Assembly (NCBI GenBank): GCA_044892505.1
Contig: CM097882.1
Span: 282,162,001 to 282,226,000, forward strand
Reading direction: 5' to 3'
Source: Schmidtea nova
Taxonomy: Eukaryota
Length of the DNA: 64,000 bases
The position numbers were made by a program, and so were the translations under genes. Numbering within the stretch: the stretch's first letter is position 1; the number at the start of each line of letters is the position of its first letter. This document shows, piece by piece, positions 61,951 to 64,000 of the stretch. The notes beneath the pieces are model-generated. The model saw only the letters and a program-made list of their open reading frames with translations, did not search any database and was not told the DNA's origin.

Positions 61951-63469
61951 GTAATTCGTTATCTCAGTTGTAATATATTGTTTAAAATCAGATTATTGTT
62001 GACTATTGATAATGAATATGTAAAGGGGCGTATGTAAAGTGTCCAGTGCTTGTATGTTAATTTATTAAATATTTGTATTTATCGGTCTGTCTGTCTATAT
62101 ATAAGCTTGCAATCCAAAAGCTCACCTTCGATCATAGAATAGAAAACGCTAATCTAAGCAAGTTATAATTCTATATTATATTGTGTTGGCTCACTTCAAC
62201 CTTCAATTCTTTATTTGTTTTTGCCATCATTTTTGCCTTAGTCTACCTCTACTTTTATGTTCAATCTTTTTGGTCCAAGTCTTTCCCATATACTTTCTTG
62301 TTTAGTTTGATCTTATTTTCTATTTGCTTAATATCATTCTTTAGCTTTTTAATAAACTTTTTAAAGTCCTGCCTTCCGATTCTTCTAGAATTCTTTCCAG
62401 ATACTACTTCAAAAGATATATTAAGTAAAGTTTTCTACACTGATTTTACATGACTCAAGAGTATTCATAATAAATTAAGGACGACCTATAATTTTCTGTT
62501 AATACATGTTTATAATAGAGTTATATTATTTAAATCTTATCTATTATAACAGGGGTACCAAACTTTTTAATAGTAACGTAACTGTATGTTGTAAACAATT
62601 TATTGGCGTACCAGTATACTAAATATTTTGAAATGAAGAATAAAATGCAATGGAGAACATTTGTAATAAAGACAAGAAACTTGGGATTATATATATATAT
62701 ATATATATATACCTGCTAGACACGTGATAAACTTTTATGTGGTGGTCATATATAATACATTCAGATATAGACGGCATCTTTTGAAATTGGGTAAATCCGA
62801 ATAAAGTATTACAACACAAACAATGGATAAAAAATTGCAAACTTAAATATTAAAAAATTATTTGTAGTCATTTCTTTTCTTTTTTCATAATAAAGATTTT
62901 TAATATATTTTTGTTTTAAATTGTAAAGACATTCACGGTAGCTGCTTATCCGTGTACCCAAAGTAGGGAATCCTTGTCTTATTGATAATATTGTTGAGTT
63001 AAAATGAAATTTCGGAAGGTTTCATTTTTTCTTTGAAAATATTGATTTTTTTAAAAATTTTTATTAATGTTGAACTTTTATTATTTTATTAATTATATAT
63101 TAAAACTTTATTTTACACTGATTTATAATAATTCTAAAGGTTATCAAAGAAATAGACTAAAGAACACTGTAGGTAATTATTACATCTATTCTATAAAAAG
63201 AAGAAAAATGAAATGAAATGTCGATAGATATAGAAATTTTAAACAAATAATTTATGAAACTAAGTACAAGAATACAATTGTTTGGGAAATAAAAATAAAT
63301 TAGGTCAAATAATTAATACATTATTAAATTGTGCATCCATTTCTAAAAGGCAAATGGAAGAATCATGAGATTTATTTAACGCACAATTATTTATAGCTTA
63401 AAGAAGAACTGCAACGTAATATTTAATGAAATATTACGTTGCCATTAACCTATGACGTAATATGTCATT

Positions 63470-64000
63470 ATGTGCAAGAATCTGCATCAATTTCATAGTC
63501 TTTCATCCATTTTGGTGGTCGGCGCTCTCTTCACATTCTTGGCGAAACTACACTAATAAATTCTGGACCATCTCGGTCCCTGTCGCTTATTAGTTCTGTT
63601 CATTCAGTAACATCATAGGAGTTAGAGACCCTTCGAAGATGACTGACGTGTCTCGGAGTGCCATCGACTTCCACGTTGGTTGAAGAATTGATTCCGGTGA
63701 CTGTACCAACGGCACAGGGTATGTTGCATTTTCCATTTGGCGGCTTGACGAATATGAGATTTTCGGCAGCATATTGATTTTAATCATAATTGTCGCGGCT
63801 ATTAAATTCGTCTTTGCTTCCTAGAAACTTCGGGTACCTCCACGTTCGACCACAATACATCTTTACAGGTTCTGTATTATCGTCCAAGCCAGAATGAGGA
63901 GTAATATTATAAAAGAATACTGCTCTTAGTGGGTCACAGTCTGATCTCGCAACTATCCGCTTGATAGTTCTGTGGTTTCTTTCTGCAATGTCATTCCCTT
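63470..64000 (-). mobile_element. Gypsy integrase C-terminal fragment, continues beyond the window
   Basis: Manual translation GNDIAERNHRTIKR...AVFFYNITPH and KPPNGKC...GTVTGINSSTNVEVDGTPRHVSHLR. Confidence 0.8.

Noticed and set aside
62150-62480. Purine-rich minus-strand stretch possibly from another retroelement
   Set aside because: Too degraded to assign; the plus-strand hydrophobic ORF is a compositional shadow.

Overview
AT-rich eukaryotic (metazoan, flatworm/planarian-like by inference) genomic window with seven assembly gaps. The host gene is a plus-strand MARF1/Limkain-b1 orthologue: one RRM plus eight LOTUS/OST-HTH repeats in six reconstructable exons (13275-61950), with both gene ends not resolved here. 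Nearly everything else is decayed transposon sequence: at least seven Ty3/Gypsy elements or fragments (three with a conserved -1 frameshift cassette), two pogo/Tigger elements, mariner, Tc1, Buster-type hAT, a Chapaev3-like fragment, MITEs and a Penelope-like remnant. The most interesting signals are: (i) two families of minimal hammerhead ribozymes, one with a U3-A8 core swap and helix II covariation; (ii) a nested foldback element whose 30-bp-minisatellite arms flank an IAP-type RING pseudogene; (iii) an LTR family with non-canonical TG...AA termini supported by two independent 5-bp TSDs, whose 5' LTR launches a signal-peptide-like ORF through the PBS. All calls are by-eye pattern recognition; no database searches or folding programs were run.
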